DNA from: Azolla caroliniana | Lineage: Eukaryota > Plantae > Polypodiophyta | Direction of reading: 5' to 3' | Length of the DNA: 64,000 nucleotides | NCBI GenBank assembly: GCA_043228905.1 | Contig: JBHGNT010000022.1 | Location: 11,222,001-11,286,000, forward strand | In this document: piece by piece, positions 1 through 13,600 of the stretch | How the letters are laid out: every line of letters starts with the position of its first letter | Position numbering within the stretch: the stretch's first letter is position 1 | Made by a program: the position numbers and the translations under genes | The notes under the pieces: model-generated | What the model was told of the DNA's origin: nothing | What the model saw: only the letters and a program-made list of their open reading frames with translations | The model's database searches: none

Positions 1-3000
1 CGAGTATCTTAACCATATTCCCATTATAGTTAGTAATGAATACATCACTTTCTTCACAAACTATGTAGTCGATTGCGGCCATACGGTTTGTGTACGGCAT
101 GAACGGCCCCAGCTCTTCATAGCTTGTCAACGAGTCTTTGGTGTGAAAATTTGGAAAGAGTGCTCGCAAAGGTGCTAAATTGTCTTCACCACCATAAACC
201 TCTCCAGATGCAACATAGATATGAGAGTTGTTCTCAAACCCAAGGGCTCTTAACATTAAGCCAACCTCCTCCGGTGTTAAGGGGCACTTCCCACTGCGAG
301 GAACCTCTCCTTGCTTCATCGGCTGCAACACAAGTACACAACATCAAAAGAAAGACCCTTTTATGGATGAATAAGATGTAGTATGGAATTTATTGTTTAA
401 AACTTTGGCAATATTAACCAATAAGGAAAAAGAAGACAAAAACGAAATATTGAAACACACCGATAGAGTTATCCATCGCTTTCGAATTTCACCTAGTTCT
501 CTCCTTTCCTTCTCGCCACCGCCATAGTAGCAACCGGTAAAAGCTAGCATATCAGGTTCAAATCTGCACGACAGCTCCATGGAATCAGAAATGGTATCTC
601 AAAGGTAGAAATCACAGTACACATTTTACAGGTCAATGTTAGGCAATTCTTTCAATTACTGCAAGATGTCAGACTGAAAATATTAATCATGAAACAATGA
701 CCAAACTATCTACATAGTATATGTATCACAAGATGATCAAACTCTCTACACTGTGTATGAAAAGATTGCTGGACCTTAAATGTAGGGCAATGTATCGTCC
801 ACCCTTGGTTCTCAAACGCTTCACTATAGTTTTGCCCATATCTGCAATTGCTGTAGTGAAACGCAGTGATTGATAGTTGACCCGACAACGCAGCTTCTGT
901 AAACCTTCCTCAAGTTCGCTTGCGAGTCTATAATCAAATTTTGTTAAACGAATTGCCTGAAATAAAACCAAAACAGCATGATGTTAAATAACTTGGCAGG
1001 GCTTAAGTTGGCAGAAAAATGCTAATGCTCTCACATAATCCAATGGCCACATACCTTCTTCCTTCTTAGAAGAGGCAAGATAGATCTGATATAATGCTCA
1101 GGTTCGGACCTCCTTGGTGCACGAGTTGAATAAAGCATTTCTCTAGTGATTCTTAATCTCGACGGTACCTCTTTCAATATTTGTACATCTGGTGCCAAAG
1201 TAGCAATAAACCATTCGATATCGAATATGTCACTGAAGTTGCTGTAAAATAAAACGAAAACCACCTATAAGAACAAGTACGAACCTTAACTTTGAAGGAT
1301 TGAATGAGTTTCTTTTAATTATGTATTCCATCAACAATCACTCCATTCTCAAAAGGCCAGATGTTTTACCCCCAAGAATTCACAGCTAAAACGGAAACCT
1401 AATGAAAATGCAGAGAAGAAACATGATGGTACCAAAAGTGCAAAAATAATGCCATATTAAGAGACATGTTGCCAAAGCAAAGATATAAGAGATGGAAAAT
1501 AAATCAGACACAGGAAAGTCACCAATTATACATCCAAACATATGATTTAGACGATAATATCTTTAATAATAAATAAATAACAAACAATGGTTCAACCTGT
1601 TGTCCTTCCAAAAAGAATCATGGTCTAACACTGGTACTATAAGTGTTGCATTTAGAATTCGTGCAACCACTACAGCATCAGTAATCTGTCAAAAACCAAA
1701 ATTATTTGTAGTTAGCATTACAGTTCCAAGCCCAGAAATTTGAAACATTATTTAATACTATCTTCAAGTATTGAATCCAGATGCAGCACATGTTGAAAAA
1801 CTATGACGATGTATTGATGTTGCAAACAGACTCTTCACTATTCAACCATGCAATGAAAGTAATTGCAGTATTATTATATTTTCATGCGACAAAGCTGACT
1901 TTTTAATCCAGTGTAAATTGTTGCTAAAAAATAAAATCCCTAGACAAACAAAAAACATTCTGAATGACCCAAACATACGTACACAAGTTTCACTAGATAA
2001 TTATGATTTTACTCCTGTCATCAACTCCCAGAGCAAACTCAAAAATGGAACACAAACTAAAATTACATACAGCACTGAGGCAACATCTTAAGCAGATAAT
2101 GATGAGAATACATATATCCATAGGGAGCCAATAAGACCCATAGGAATCAATCAATCATTACAAAGCACTCTCTGCAGCCATTTAGGCTTGGCTTTAAAAA
2201 TGAATGCTGAAATGAAAAACTATGCTTGTTTCCAAATTTCACTTGTCTCTAACTTTCATGAGTTTTGTGTTGTAGTGAGCAGACTAGCAAAGAAGTTGCC
2301 TGGTGTCATCGGTGATCGTTCCATCCTTGTTAGGACTTCCAGAGAGCTTGTATAACCTTGTCGGAATTCCTGGAAATCATCCTTTATGTCCACATATGCC
2401 TTCCAAAGTGACATTTTCTTCTGTTTCTGGTACATTGAGAAAACATGGGTCACATATTCTTTTTTCCGCTCATCATTCAGCCAATCCCAGGTTTCTATTT
2501 CCAATGTGTGAGCACAGTGTGATAGCATATGTTACTCACTCTCTTGGGCCATGAGCGTCCAGATGTGAGCTTGGGTCTTGGACAGTTAATTTCAGTAATT
2601 TCCCCAATATTGATTAATAGAGCAGCTGCAATAGTACTCAAACTTAGATTGATGTTGGGCTGTGTGGGGGACTTCCAATGTAGCTTTGTAAAACATAACT
2701 CATGTTCTGCTATCCCTTTCTTTTCCTCTATATGCATATTCAAATATTCAACATGGCAACTTGCAAACCATTTCCTGGTGTCTTGGACCCAGCTGGAAAG
2801 AAGCTTGCTTGTGTAGTTTTAGTTGTACGCATTCAATTTCCATGAGGCCTTAGGGAGGCAATTTCAAGGCATTGTCCTTACTTTTGATATGTACTTGTAA
2901 CATTTTAAAGATCTTAGAACTCTATTGGTCTTCTTCCAACTTCTAGGAGCATTAATGAGTACAGAATTCTTTTGTATTTCTTCTACTTTATTCGATGAGC

Positions 3001-6000
3001 TGGCTGAAATACTGCCTCCCTAAATCTTAGTTCCATAAGGCAGAGTTTGCATCATGCATGCATCAAATTCTATTTCTGTAAACTCCCATCTTTAGGTTGT
3101 TCTCAAGTGGCACATGTTCTCAAATTCATAGTACTGGGATGTGCCAGCTTCTGTTCTTCTAGTTATGAAACTTATCCTAACTGTATTGTCTAGGTATGTC
3201 AATTCCAAGGTATTTGAAATTGTGAACCACTTCATTTTCCTCCTCTTCATATCATAGTAACTGGATGCTGACTTTCACATTTGATATGTTTAACACCATT
3301 AATTTGGTCTCAGTCACGTTGACAGCTAGGCCATTATGTTCACAGAAAGTATGGAGTATATCTAAAATCTTTTGCTCTCGATGCCAATAATATGCCAAAA
3401 TTGCAACATCATCTCCCTTTTATTCACAAACGATATTGTAGGGAAAGAAAGAAAGATAGACATATTGACACCTATTTAAGAGGCCAAAATGGCTAAAGAA
3501 TCTCATTATCGATGTAAGATTCTCAAGTCACATAGATTGGAATGTTTGTCTTAGAAAGCTCTACCATAGGTCAATCCAAAATGCAGAGATCTCCAATGCA
3601 AGGGAAGCATATGCGAAGGCGGGCAATATCCTTTATCTGTTGATGACAAAGACGGGAAATATCCTTTATCTGTCGATGTTAAATTTCTATTGTCTGATCT
3701 ATTATAACCCCTTTACAATGCCCTAGTCAGGAGCCTACTTGTGTGGCCCCTAATTGATTTATGGTATGAGTAGCAGTGATTGGGCTAAAGACAGTTGTGA
3801 CTGTTCTTTGTTGATGAGCTTGTGTGGTTCTATTGTTGTCCTTCAACAACGTCTCCCTGTATCTCTTGAGTTCTAACAAGAACAGTCCCAAGCAGCGTTG
3901 GTCCTCATATTCCATTACCTTGAGTAGTGAGCCAAATCCTTGGTTAAAGATGCAATGGTATTGCCCTCTTATTTATTTCATAAAAACAGTACAATGACCA
4001 ATATAGTGTTCTTCAAATTCTACTCCCTAATGACGCAAATGGCATAAATTCTTTATTCTAGAGGTATGAGTGTAAATGTCCAACCTCGATCTCTAACTGA
4101 TGTGAAGGGGTCTGCAGCTTGCATAGGATAGACGTGTCCATATAAAAGGGGCTGATGATGAATCCATCCTCCACTGTGTGTAAAAAGTGTGTTAACTAAG
4201 TGCCTTATAATGGGCCATCTTCCTACAAGAAATCATGTGGGGCTTATCCATGTTCTTCCATTATGCAAGTTGATAATATCAGTTTGGATCATTCTATTCT
4301 TTTCCAAATTGGTTATGTTTAGATGGGGACAACTTGGAACGGGGTAGTGCATTAATGCTTATGCCATGTGACTCGATCCATTCTTGCATTTTAGCATTTC
4401 AACAATGAATGTCACCATGTTCAGTAAGTTATTTTGAACATTAGTGCCAACCTTGAGCAGCTATGTTAAGAGAGCTCCCAATGCCATTGGATAATGGTCA
4501 CTGATCAGAATAATGCCTCCACAATTATTGGGGCTGCTCCTGTCTTTGCCCGGATTATAGCATGGGGCACTAATCTTTTGCTCATTATCATGTGGGTAAT
4601 CATTGAGACTAAAAGTCTCTCTAAATCTTTCTAGTTATTTGTCTTGGTAACACTTAGTCCCCAAGTTTCTATTCCATAAAGAAGAGTTAGTGAGAGAAGT
4701 GTATCAAATAGCCAAGGTTTAGTTTGTGGCATTTGGAACTGCATACCTTCACATTGTCTCTTGAAAGCACCTAGGGCTGCATATCCACGAGAAAATCGAG
4801 CACAAATATCCTGCCATAAGGAGAATTGAGGCCATGTGAATGTTACTCCTAGGTATGGGTAGGATCATTATCATATAGTAATATTTGTATGGCTACACCT
4901 GCTATGCATACTCTCTATGTAATACAAATCCTTTACCGTAGGTGGGTAATAGTGGGCATCCTTGTTTTACTCCCTCAAATTGTGTTCGCCACATTGGGAG
5001 ATCACACTTTTCCTTTCATGAATTCATAGTGCATAGATTTTGTATTCCATATCTACGGGAACACCCTCGGTTTCTAGCTGCTGCATGAGCTGAGCTCATG
5101 GTATCGTTTCAAAGGGTTTTCAAAAATCCACAAAGAAGCAATAAACTCTCTTTTGTGGGTTCTGCTCTCCTCAATAAGGGCTCATAGGATCAATATGTGA
5201 TCCAAAGTTGTGAATCCCTTACAAAAGCCCGTCTGTCCAGCTAAACGGCAGCCGTACACTGCCTATACACTCAACTCTGACTCTTGGACTGAACAAAATA
5301 ATTTAGCCTAGTAATGGCCAACCATGATTGTCCTATAATTGCTCGGCATCATGGAGTTTCCACACTTGAATATTGGCACAATGGTATGTTCTGTTCATCT
5401 AGTAGGGATCTTCACTAATAGCTCTATTAAAGATGTGTGTTAGCAATGGGAGCAAGGTGTCACAAGCATAGATAAAGTGATCATCTACCAATCCATCGTT
5501 ATCTTGGGTCTTCCCAAATTGTAACCAATCAATGGTGTTTCTTACATTTTGTGGAGTAAAAAATGTGAATTCAGATGAGCAACAGTTATAAAGAGGAGGC
5601 CAGATCTCTTCCCCCTTGATTATTACATCGAACTTGTAAATTAGAATCCGATGATCCTAACACATTGCCACCAATATTGATAGATAAAAGATAGAATGAC
5701 ATACCCCAATCCGTTGTTGATTTAGTCCTCCACTTGTTTCCACATAAATATAGCCATTTGACTCAATCGCTGATACTCGATCTGTGCATTCGGTTCAAAT
5801 GGTTAGACACAAATATCAACTTTCATCAGAGAAAAAGAAATATATGTGTCTATGAAAGGACCTTCATGAACAGTATGTGTTCATGTACAATGTATGGCCT
5901 TCTATGTGTATATGAATATGAAAATGTGTATCAAAATCTCACTTGGATGCGTAAATGTTGTAAATGTATATGACATAAGTCCATGACAGTTTCTGAATGT

Positions 6001-6855
6001 GTTCATATACATTGTCAATGTACATTGTATGTTATATGTGTAAATGTATATGACATTAGTCCATGACTGTATCTCAATGTGTTCATATACATTGCCAATG
6101 TACATTGTAATATGTGTATGTATATGTATATCAGAAGTTCACTTTGGAATATCCATTCTTATACAGATATGTAAGCTCACTTGGAAAAGACTTGTTAGGT
6201 CTGCTACAACCATGATACAATTTTGCCAAAGGTGATGACCAGATGGTCTCAGGTAAGATCTCGGCTGCCATTTCCTATAACATCATAAAATTAAATGCTT
6301 TGAGAGACTGAGAACCACCATAGCCCACTACAGCAAACAACTCAACTAAACTAAATGATAGAAAACATTAACAGATTAGCTAATTAGCTAATTTCCACCA
6401 CAAACCACCAAGGAGCTTACGGAGAAATCAGGCACGGTTATGTTCGAGGTGTTAGCTGACCCAATCTCCTCCTAGCAAGAGCAAAAGCAGGAAACACAGA
6501 GATCTCTTTAGCGTCCAAAAAGAAGAAGCCAAGAAACGGATCTCAATTTTCCTCTTGTGTATGAAGGAGGAGAACTCACCAATGGGAAATGCTGATGATG
6601 ATCATGGAAGGCATACCAATGTTGGTAGGGATGGCGATCGTGAAGGCGATGAGTGAGCAGGAGATCAAGGTCATCCAGCATAGGAACAATGGTGAGGGAG
6701 AGGAGGAGGGTGAAGATGATGAGCAGCATCAGACCACATGAGAGGCGAGCCTTGGATGTGAACCTTAGCTGAGGAGCTTTTGAGGAGGAAGAAGAAGAAG
6801 AAGAATAGTGATGGTGTTGATGATGATGATGATGATGATGATGATAGGTACCCAT
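1..6855 (-). CDS. O-fucosyltransferase family protein (DUF246/GT106-like), spliced, 3' end beyond the left edge
   Basis: GT-AG exons joined in frame: 6580-6855, 6421-6471, 6181-6274, 5705-5781, 1597-1685, 1055-1241, 775-956, 461-563, <1-322. Family motifs SNGYIYVETSGGLNQQRIG|ITDAVVVARILNATL, SFWKDNSNFSDIFD, CRVNYQSLRF, YIALHLRFEPDMLAFTGC, GKCPLTPEEVGLMLRALGF, AAIDYIVCEESDVF; N-terminal TM anchor. Confidence 0.92.
2250..3415 (-). mobile_element. Decayed non-LTR retrotransposon (RTE-like) fragment in intron, RT C-terminal part
   Basis: Minus-strand remnants DDVAIL, TFCEHNGLAVNVTETKLMV, FKYLGID with stops and frameshifts; boundaries approximate. Confidence 0.6.
3950..5625 (-). mobile_element. 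Second decayed non-LTR retrotransposon (RTE-like) RT fragment in the same intron
   Basis: Minus-strand remnants IVPIFKCG..PSNYRTIMVG, TTLDHILIL, VYCFFVDF*K, GVKQGCPL, LLYGIETWG; boundaries approximate. Confidence 0.7.
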
Positions 6856-7090
6856 GGCTTTCTTCAGTTGTGTCCGATTGATCTGCACATCTCAGCAGGA
6901 GGCTTGAGAGATTAGTAGCCATGCTCCATCTACGTACTAATAATCTCTGCTCTCTGTTCCTCCTCTTCTCAGCTCTCTCTAGGACTGAAATTTGGGGAAG
7001 ATCTCTTCTCTTCTCTTCTCTTTCTCTTCTCTTCTCTTCTGCTACACGTGGGCACGTTGCAAAATACGTCTCAGATCTCTCTCCTCTGTG

Positions 7091-7094
<4 letters not shown>

Positions 7095-7138
<44 letters not shown>

Positions 7139-7228
7139 GGTTGGTTCTCTCTGTTCCAGAGTCAACAGACTCTGCTCCTCAAAGCTTCTCATATTTTCGA
7201 ATTCTTTACATTGGAGAGAGAGAGAGAG

Positions 7229-7272
<44 letters not shown>

Positions 7273-7630
7273 GTAAAGTAATGTATGTATGTATGTATGT
7301 ATGTATGTATGTATGTATGTATGTATGTATGTATGTATGTATGTATGTGTGTGTGTGTGTGTGTGTATGTATTTTATGTGTATGAGATGTGTGTGATGTA
7401 TGTATGTATGTAAAGCAATGTGTGTATGTGATGTGTGTGATGTGTGTGATGTATGTATGTATGTAAAGCAATGTGTGTATGTGATGTGTGTGATGTGTGT
7501 GATGTATGTATGTGTGTGTGTGTGATGTATGTATGTATGTATGTATGTATTTTGTGTGTATGAGATATGTGTGATGTATGTATGTATGTATGTATGTATG
7601 TATGTATGTATGTATGTATGTATGTATGTA

Positions 7631-7665
<35 letters not shown>

Positions 7666-7760
7666 AAGCATGTATGGATGTAATGTATGTATGGATGATG
7701 CATGCATGCATGTTTGTATGTAAACAAGTATGTTTGCATGAATGTATACACACACATGTT
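7095..7760. repeat. Compound microsatellite block (CT)n, (GA)n(GT)n, (TATG)n with internal duplications
   Basis: Simple repeats read directly, just upstream of the O-fucosyltransferase start. Confidence 0.97.
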
Positions 7761-8680
7761 TTTCTTTTAAGAAGATATCTTGTCATTAGTGTAACCATTT
7801 TTACAAGATTGAAATTCTATCAGATTGGGGGAGGGAAACAACCATTTCAGAGGTCGGAAATGCCAATAAGGAGTACCACAGTTGGTTGTCATGAATGGAG
7901 TAGCTTTCCATATAGTGATAAACTCATGCCGTTGAGCAATTTTACCATCAGAATCTCCAACAATACCATCCCATTGTCCCTTCAAAGTATGAACTATGTC
8001 TAACCAAATATTTGAAACCAATTCAGCCAATGGTGTTTTAAGCTAGTGGAAAATAAGAGAGCACTTAACCTTCCAAATGTGATATATAGTGTTACTACTC
8101 GATATCTCCCATACTGGTTGGACTTCCTTTCGTGTTCCTATAAACTGTAATGACAACAATGGTACTGTATGAACACTTCCAGATTTAGTGTAAAATCCGT
8201 GGTCCATAGATTCAGTGTCATAATGAAATGCATCACGAACAAGAGATGTCCAAACCACCATGCCCCAAGTGAAAACCAATGGGGGGAAATAGTTAGCAAA
8301 AATTCTAAGGAAACATTGTCATATCAATTGAGACTCGGTACATTCCCATAAGCAATGTTTTAGAGTTTCCATTTGTAAATGGCATCGTGCACAAGTAGAA
8401 TCTACTCCCATCCCATGCACAAACATGTTTGTATACATTCATGTGTGTGTTCAGTGTTCACAATGGCCAAAAAACATGACACACTTGCCTCGGCATAATA
8501 ACAACCCCTTACAAGTAAACAAGTAAAACCATATTGTGCTACATCTGGAAGGCTCATTGCACTTCCATTTTCCATCAAGTTAAAGTCTCACTAGTTGAAG
8601 TGGTGGGTTACATTTGGCTAAACATGATCTATACTTTAAAAGGACAACGTGATTGTCTGATTGGGGATTCATATGATAAA
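7759..8680 (-). mobile_element. L1/Tx1-like LINE 3' fragment (zf-RVT region)
   Basis: Minus-strand NIWLDIVHTLKGQWD..PYWHFRPLKWLFPSP; T-rich tract (A tail) at the left end; close paralogue of 8683-10130. Confidence 0.75.
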
Positions 8681-8682
8681 GT

Positions 8683-10130
8683 TTTTTTTTTTTGAAAAGA
8701 TATCCTGTCATTAGTATAAACAATTTACAAGATTTTAACCTCTATGTGATTGGCGGGGGAAACAACCATTTCGGCAGTTGAAAATGCCAATAAGGAGTGC
8801 CATAATTGCATGTCATGAATGGAATAGTTGTCCAAATAATAAGAAACTTGCTCCGTTAAGCAATTTTAGCCTCAGAGTCTCCAACTATACCATCCCATTG
8901 ACCCTTCAAAGTATGAACTATGTTTAACCAAATGTTCGAAACCACTTCAGTTGGTGGTGTTTTAAGTTGATGGAAAACGAGAGAACACCAAGCCTTCCAA
9001 ATGTGATATACAATGGTACTACTCAGTATCTCCCTTACTGGTTGGACTTCCTTCCTTACTCTTGAAAACTATAATGACAACAGTGGTAATATATGAACAT
9101 TTCCATATTTAGTGTAAAATCCAAGGTCCATAGATTCATTGTCATAATGGAACGCATCACGGACAAGTGATGTCCAAACTAGCATGCCCCAAGTGAAAAC
9201 CAATGGGGGAAAATAATTAGCAAAAATTCTAAGGAGTCGTTGCCATATCTGTTGAGATTCAATGCACTCCCATAAATAACGTTTTTGAGTTTCCATCTGT
9301 AATTGACATCGAATACAACCAGAAGATACTACCATTCTATGCAACCATGTGCCTACTAGCAAGGCTTGGTGTACAACTAACCATTGTACATGCAATATTT
9401 TGTGTGGTTGTTTTCTTGCCCATAAGATAACCCTGAATTTGGAAGTGGGGAGTAATACCTTGTTGATTCCAATATTGAGATGCAACTGGCAACACATCAC
9501 ATGTATCTAAAAGTACATGACTTCCCAACTGTACAGAATATTGGAAGAAATTGAACTTGTTGCCTATGTAAGGATCTATCCACTAATAATCAATTGGGTC
9601 CCAATCTAATCTGAATATCAGTTTTTTAGCTAACACCCACAACTTCCAATGTGGCCTTATTTCCTCTATCATTGGATCAATATACCATTTACGGTCAGCA
9701 TATCCAATGACCCTTATCTTGTGCTCAATAGCATATGGGTAATCTATCACCATTTCCGGGGACTGAGATAATTGGTTTGTTTCATCCACCTCAAACAACC
9801 GGTATGTCTTATCATCTGAATACCCCTTCACAGTCAAGAGTACTTCCAATCTTGAAAAAACCCCAACCCACCTATGGTTAGCATTATTGGGTGGTATGGG
9901 AAGTCTACTCATAGCTTCCTGAATTTGTTGATACATTATTTGGCCGCCATGCATAGTACGTAGGATTTCTTTTTGCTCTTTCAATGAACGCAATAAAAAT
10001 TCTTTCCAAGCCTGAACTGCTTTTGCTGGACCTTCTATCATTTCCCCCCCACAATAGCCATTGTCTAGAACCCAACACTGAACCATATGATGTTGTAAAC
10101 AACGGGTTCCAAACTATCTTTTGTCTAAGA
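8683..10130 (-). mobile_element. L1/Tx1-like LINE 3' fragment with poly(A) tail
   Basis: Poly-T at about 8683-8693; minus-strand CIRCQLQMETQKRYLWEC zinc-finger region and WLFPPP end; ORFs 9069-9500 and 9583-10086. Confidence 0.78.
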
Positions 10131-10179
10131 TAGTCAACATAATGTCATATGATAAAGTTACCCAAACATCTCTAGTTTA

Positions 10180-10360
10180 TTACTCTTTTGGAAAAATGCT
10201 CCACCACACTTATGTCCTTCAAATATGGTAGCCCGTTTTGGCATTCTCAGCCACCAAGATGGTTGTTCCCTCCACCAATCACTCGAGAATCACATCTCTA
10301 AGTAAACTTCTTTATACTAATGAATGTATATCTTTAAATAAATAAATAAATAAATAAAAA
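10180..10360 (+). mobile_element. Short LINE 3' end of the same group, opposite orientation
   Basis: Reads PFWHSQPPRWLFPPPIT, followed by a (TAAA)n tail. Confidence 0.65.
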
Positions 10361-10539
10361 CAACACCTTACGAGAGAACCTCCTATGAATCCCCCCTAAC
10401 TATTCAAGGGCAACTCGCATCAACAATGCATGTTGGCATCACATCTCTGCCTTCAATGGTAACGAGAGAACCTGCCATTGTATGTTGGCATCACGTCTCT
10501 GCCTTCAATGTTAGAGGCAAATCTCCCCCTCCCCCTCTC

Positions 10540-10712
10540 TTGTAATTAGACTACCCTAATGGTAAGTTGTTACACTAGAAAACATGTTCGAAACCCAATT
10601 TTCTCACCTCTCTATTACTCCATAGACATATCTTATTTCATTAAATGCCACTGTGGAATGTATGGGTTGAACCCATGACCACTTGGTCTCCATTGGACAA
10701 CCTTACCAACTG

Positions 10713-10759
<47 letters not shown>

Positions 10760-10880
10760 TAAGCTTACTCTATTGGTAAGTTGTTATACTACAAGCAATA
10801 CGTCTTGGGTTCAAAACCCAATTTTCTCACCTCTCTATTATATACTTCATACATATCTCTTAAGTCACAAGATGCCACTT
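10540..10880 (+). repeat. Two copies of a dispersed tRNA-like (SINE-like) repeat; third copy at 63919-64000
   Basis: Shared TACCCTARTGGTAAGT...GTTCRAAACCCAATTTTCTCACCTCT at about 10540-10650 and 10758-10880, each next to a CT-rich tract. Confidence 0.6.
10659..10716 (-). repeat. tRNA-derived SINE-like head
   Basis: Reverse complement AGCTCAGTTGGTAAG...GGTCATGGGTTCAACCC has A- and B-box-like motifs at tRNA spacing; no full cloverleaf. Confidence 0.5.
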
Positions 10881-10883
10881 TTG

Positions 10884-10963
<80 letters not shown>

Positions 10964-12774
10964 ACATGAATCACTATTGAGTTTGTTGCATAAAGAGGGG
11001 GTTTTATGGCATGAAGAAGAGAGAAACACAAATGTTTTTAAGATCTATGAGAGATTAATTGCGATATATGAGACCAAGCGTAGTCCCTGGTTCACTTAAC
11101 TTCTTGACTTTGATGATACGATGCAAACCACTAAGCTGATGGCAAAAGAGCTAACAGGGTTAACGAATAAACCTTTCATTAATTATGGGGAAACACTCTT
11201 TAAATTTGAGGATTTGAGAAAAATATGTGGGATTTCCCAAACTTTGTATCGACTTTTCAAGATTCACGATTTCTAAATAGGTTGAAGTATCATGTGGGTT
11301 GAGTTTGAAAGTGTTATACTTTTTACAAAAAAACTTGAAGACTCTTGGTAAATGTTGTTGGAGTCAATGGGGTGATTTCCTCGATCAACTTGCATGCAAC
11401 TCCCGTCATCTTCTCTTGATTGAATCTATATATTCACTTCAAATGTTGGGAGATCTTGAGGATGTTGATACCCCTAATCAGAATTATTTGTAAATGAGCT
11501 TCAATATACTATTTATATTCCTATCCTTCTTCCTATAATTTATACTCTTAGTTAATTCAATTGATTGATTTTTCGCGAGTGTGAGAATCGAGTAACACAT
11601 GCATCCAAATAGGTGACCATGACAAAAAGACCTAACAATTTTACTGAAAGAAGGTTGAAACACTTGAGATCTCAACCTCGTGTGCGATTATGTACATATT
11701 TGTGAATCCAAATCTCACACATACATGAGAATAACATCCTTACTATATAGTAACAATTGTGAATTTCTTCCAATGTGTATACGACATATGCCAAGGAACC
11801 TAATCATTCATACCTATCTAGTTCTTGAAATACGACAAGATCAATCTCTAACTTTGTCATTTGTATGTACACAAGTTTGAAGCTCATGTATAGCCTCTTG
11901 TTTTTGAATGAATAGAATGAGTGTCACACATTTCGTAGCAAATTGTTTACCAAATAGTAGATCATTTCATTTTCTACTAATAAGCATTGTGATTGTGATG
12001 TGAGAAAAGGTAGCATGACAATAACTCAAAGACCAACCATATTTTTTTATGAACATTACCTTCTCAAGTGTGACGTTGTTTTCCCTCTATGTAATGTGAC
12101 CCAAAAATGTCATACTTTTTTATAGGAAATCATTCACGAGCATCGTCTCAAACTAAACAATCGCACAACACATTTGAAGTTTAAAGTTTCTTTAAGATAA
12201 CCTTGTGAATCTATGAGGGGACATCAAAAGTCTCTTAATGTGCTTTACCACGCAATGTAATATCAATTCATACAAGTGTTCGAATATACCATTTATACAT
12301 TCTATCACAAATGCATAATCATCCTGATTACTCAATGCACACATGTCTAAATTTTAGGCATGTAGTTCAATGTGTTACACTTCGGATGGGATTCTCTCTA
12401 TATGTATGAGAATTTCTTTATGCACATAAATTACTCAATACAACATGTAAGTATAATGTTAAGTCTCAATGTTGGTAATGATAAAATTTACCAACTATTG
12501 AATTGCACCAAAACACATGTCCGCTAGATCTAATGGTTCATACTAGACACCTTATATAAACTACATTTTCTTTTCTTGATCACTTCAACTTACATATTCT
12601 AAGGTTTGTGAACTTAAAAAGTTGGGCCCGATAATCATAAATATAAATAATTTGGTATCGTACTTTTACAATATAAACATTTGCTATGGCATTTTCTTAT
12701 ATCATCAAAACGCAAGTTCCAATCTAGAAAACTACCCTCATTAATGAAGTAAACATGCAAGTTAAGATATTGAA

Positions 12775-13600
12775 GGTGTGCAGTTAGACGGACCCTTACA
12801 CGATGGTTGGCGAACATTGGGCATCCCTAATGAGATGCTCATTACTTTTTGGAAGGGTCTCTGGCGTCTCCACATGCTTGAAAAGATCAAGCTCTTTTGG
12901 TGACAAATTGGTAATAATGTGGTTCTCGTTGGTGAATTGCTAGGTAAACGTGGCGGCCCATTAGGTTCCCCACTTTGCCCTACACCTATTGAGACTATGA
13001 GACATTGTTTCTGGGATTGCCCTCAAGCTCAAAAGGTATGGGATAGAGTGACTCACCTCCTTGCGGCAAGTGAAGCAGAAGGAACAACATCGTGGAGTAT
13101 TGCGGCATGGATTGATCACTCTGTTGATAGGTGGACGGAGCCTTCAATGCGGATAGTTAGTGCTACGTATGCACGAGAGGCAAAATCGCCAAGATTCGTT
13201 TTGAGAGAGGCTTGCAGTCCGCATCCCTTAGGTTCCCGGAAATTTGGATGTTGATCGCAGTTTTCACCCTATGGTATGTATGGAAAGCTCGTTGCCTAAA
13301 GGTCTTTCAAGATCTGGTACGGACCCCAGAGGAAGTGATCATGGACATATGGTTTGCGCTTATCATCTGCCTACGAGGGCAATTGGACGAGGATTGCAGC
13401 CATTCCAACGATGTGGTCACTTCTCGTTTGCGTTTTTGGCGGAAATGGCGGGACACACCTATGGTGACACAAGGAGGAAGTGGCCCAAGGTGGAACTACC
13501 AGCCCCCACGCTGGTTGTCCGACTCACCTGTCCCTCCTTTCATTGTAGGCCCTAGGAGTTGGCTCGTACTAGCCAACACTGAAGGGGACTGTTTTTAGCT
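12775..13600 (+). mobile_element. L1/Tx1-like LINE 3' fragment (zf-RVT)
   Basis: FWKGLWRLHMLEKIKLFW, PLCPTPIETMRHCFWDCP, LWYVWKARCLKVF, RWNYQPPRWL; frameshifted. Confidence 0.8.

Noticed and set aside
6671-7798. 375-aa His/Thr/Tyr/Ile-rich ORF and overlapping ORFs
   Set aside because: Translations of (TATG)n, (GT)n and (CT)n microsatellites.
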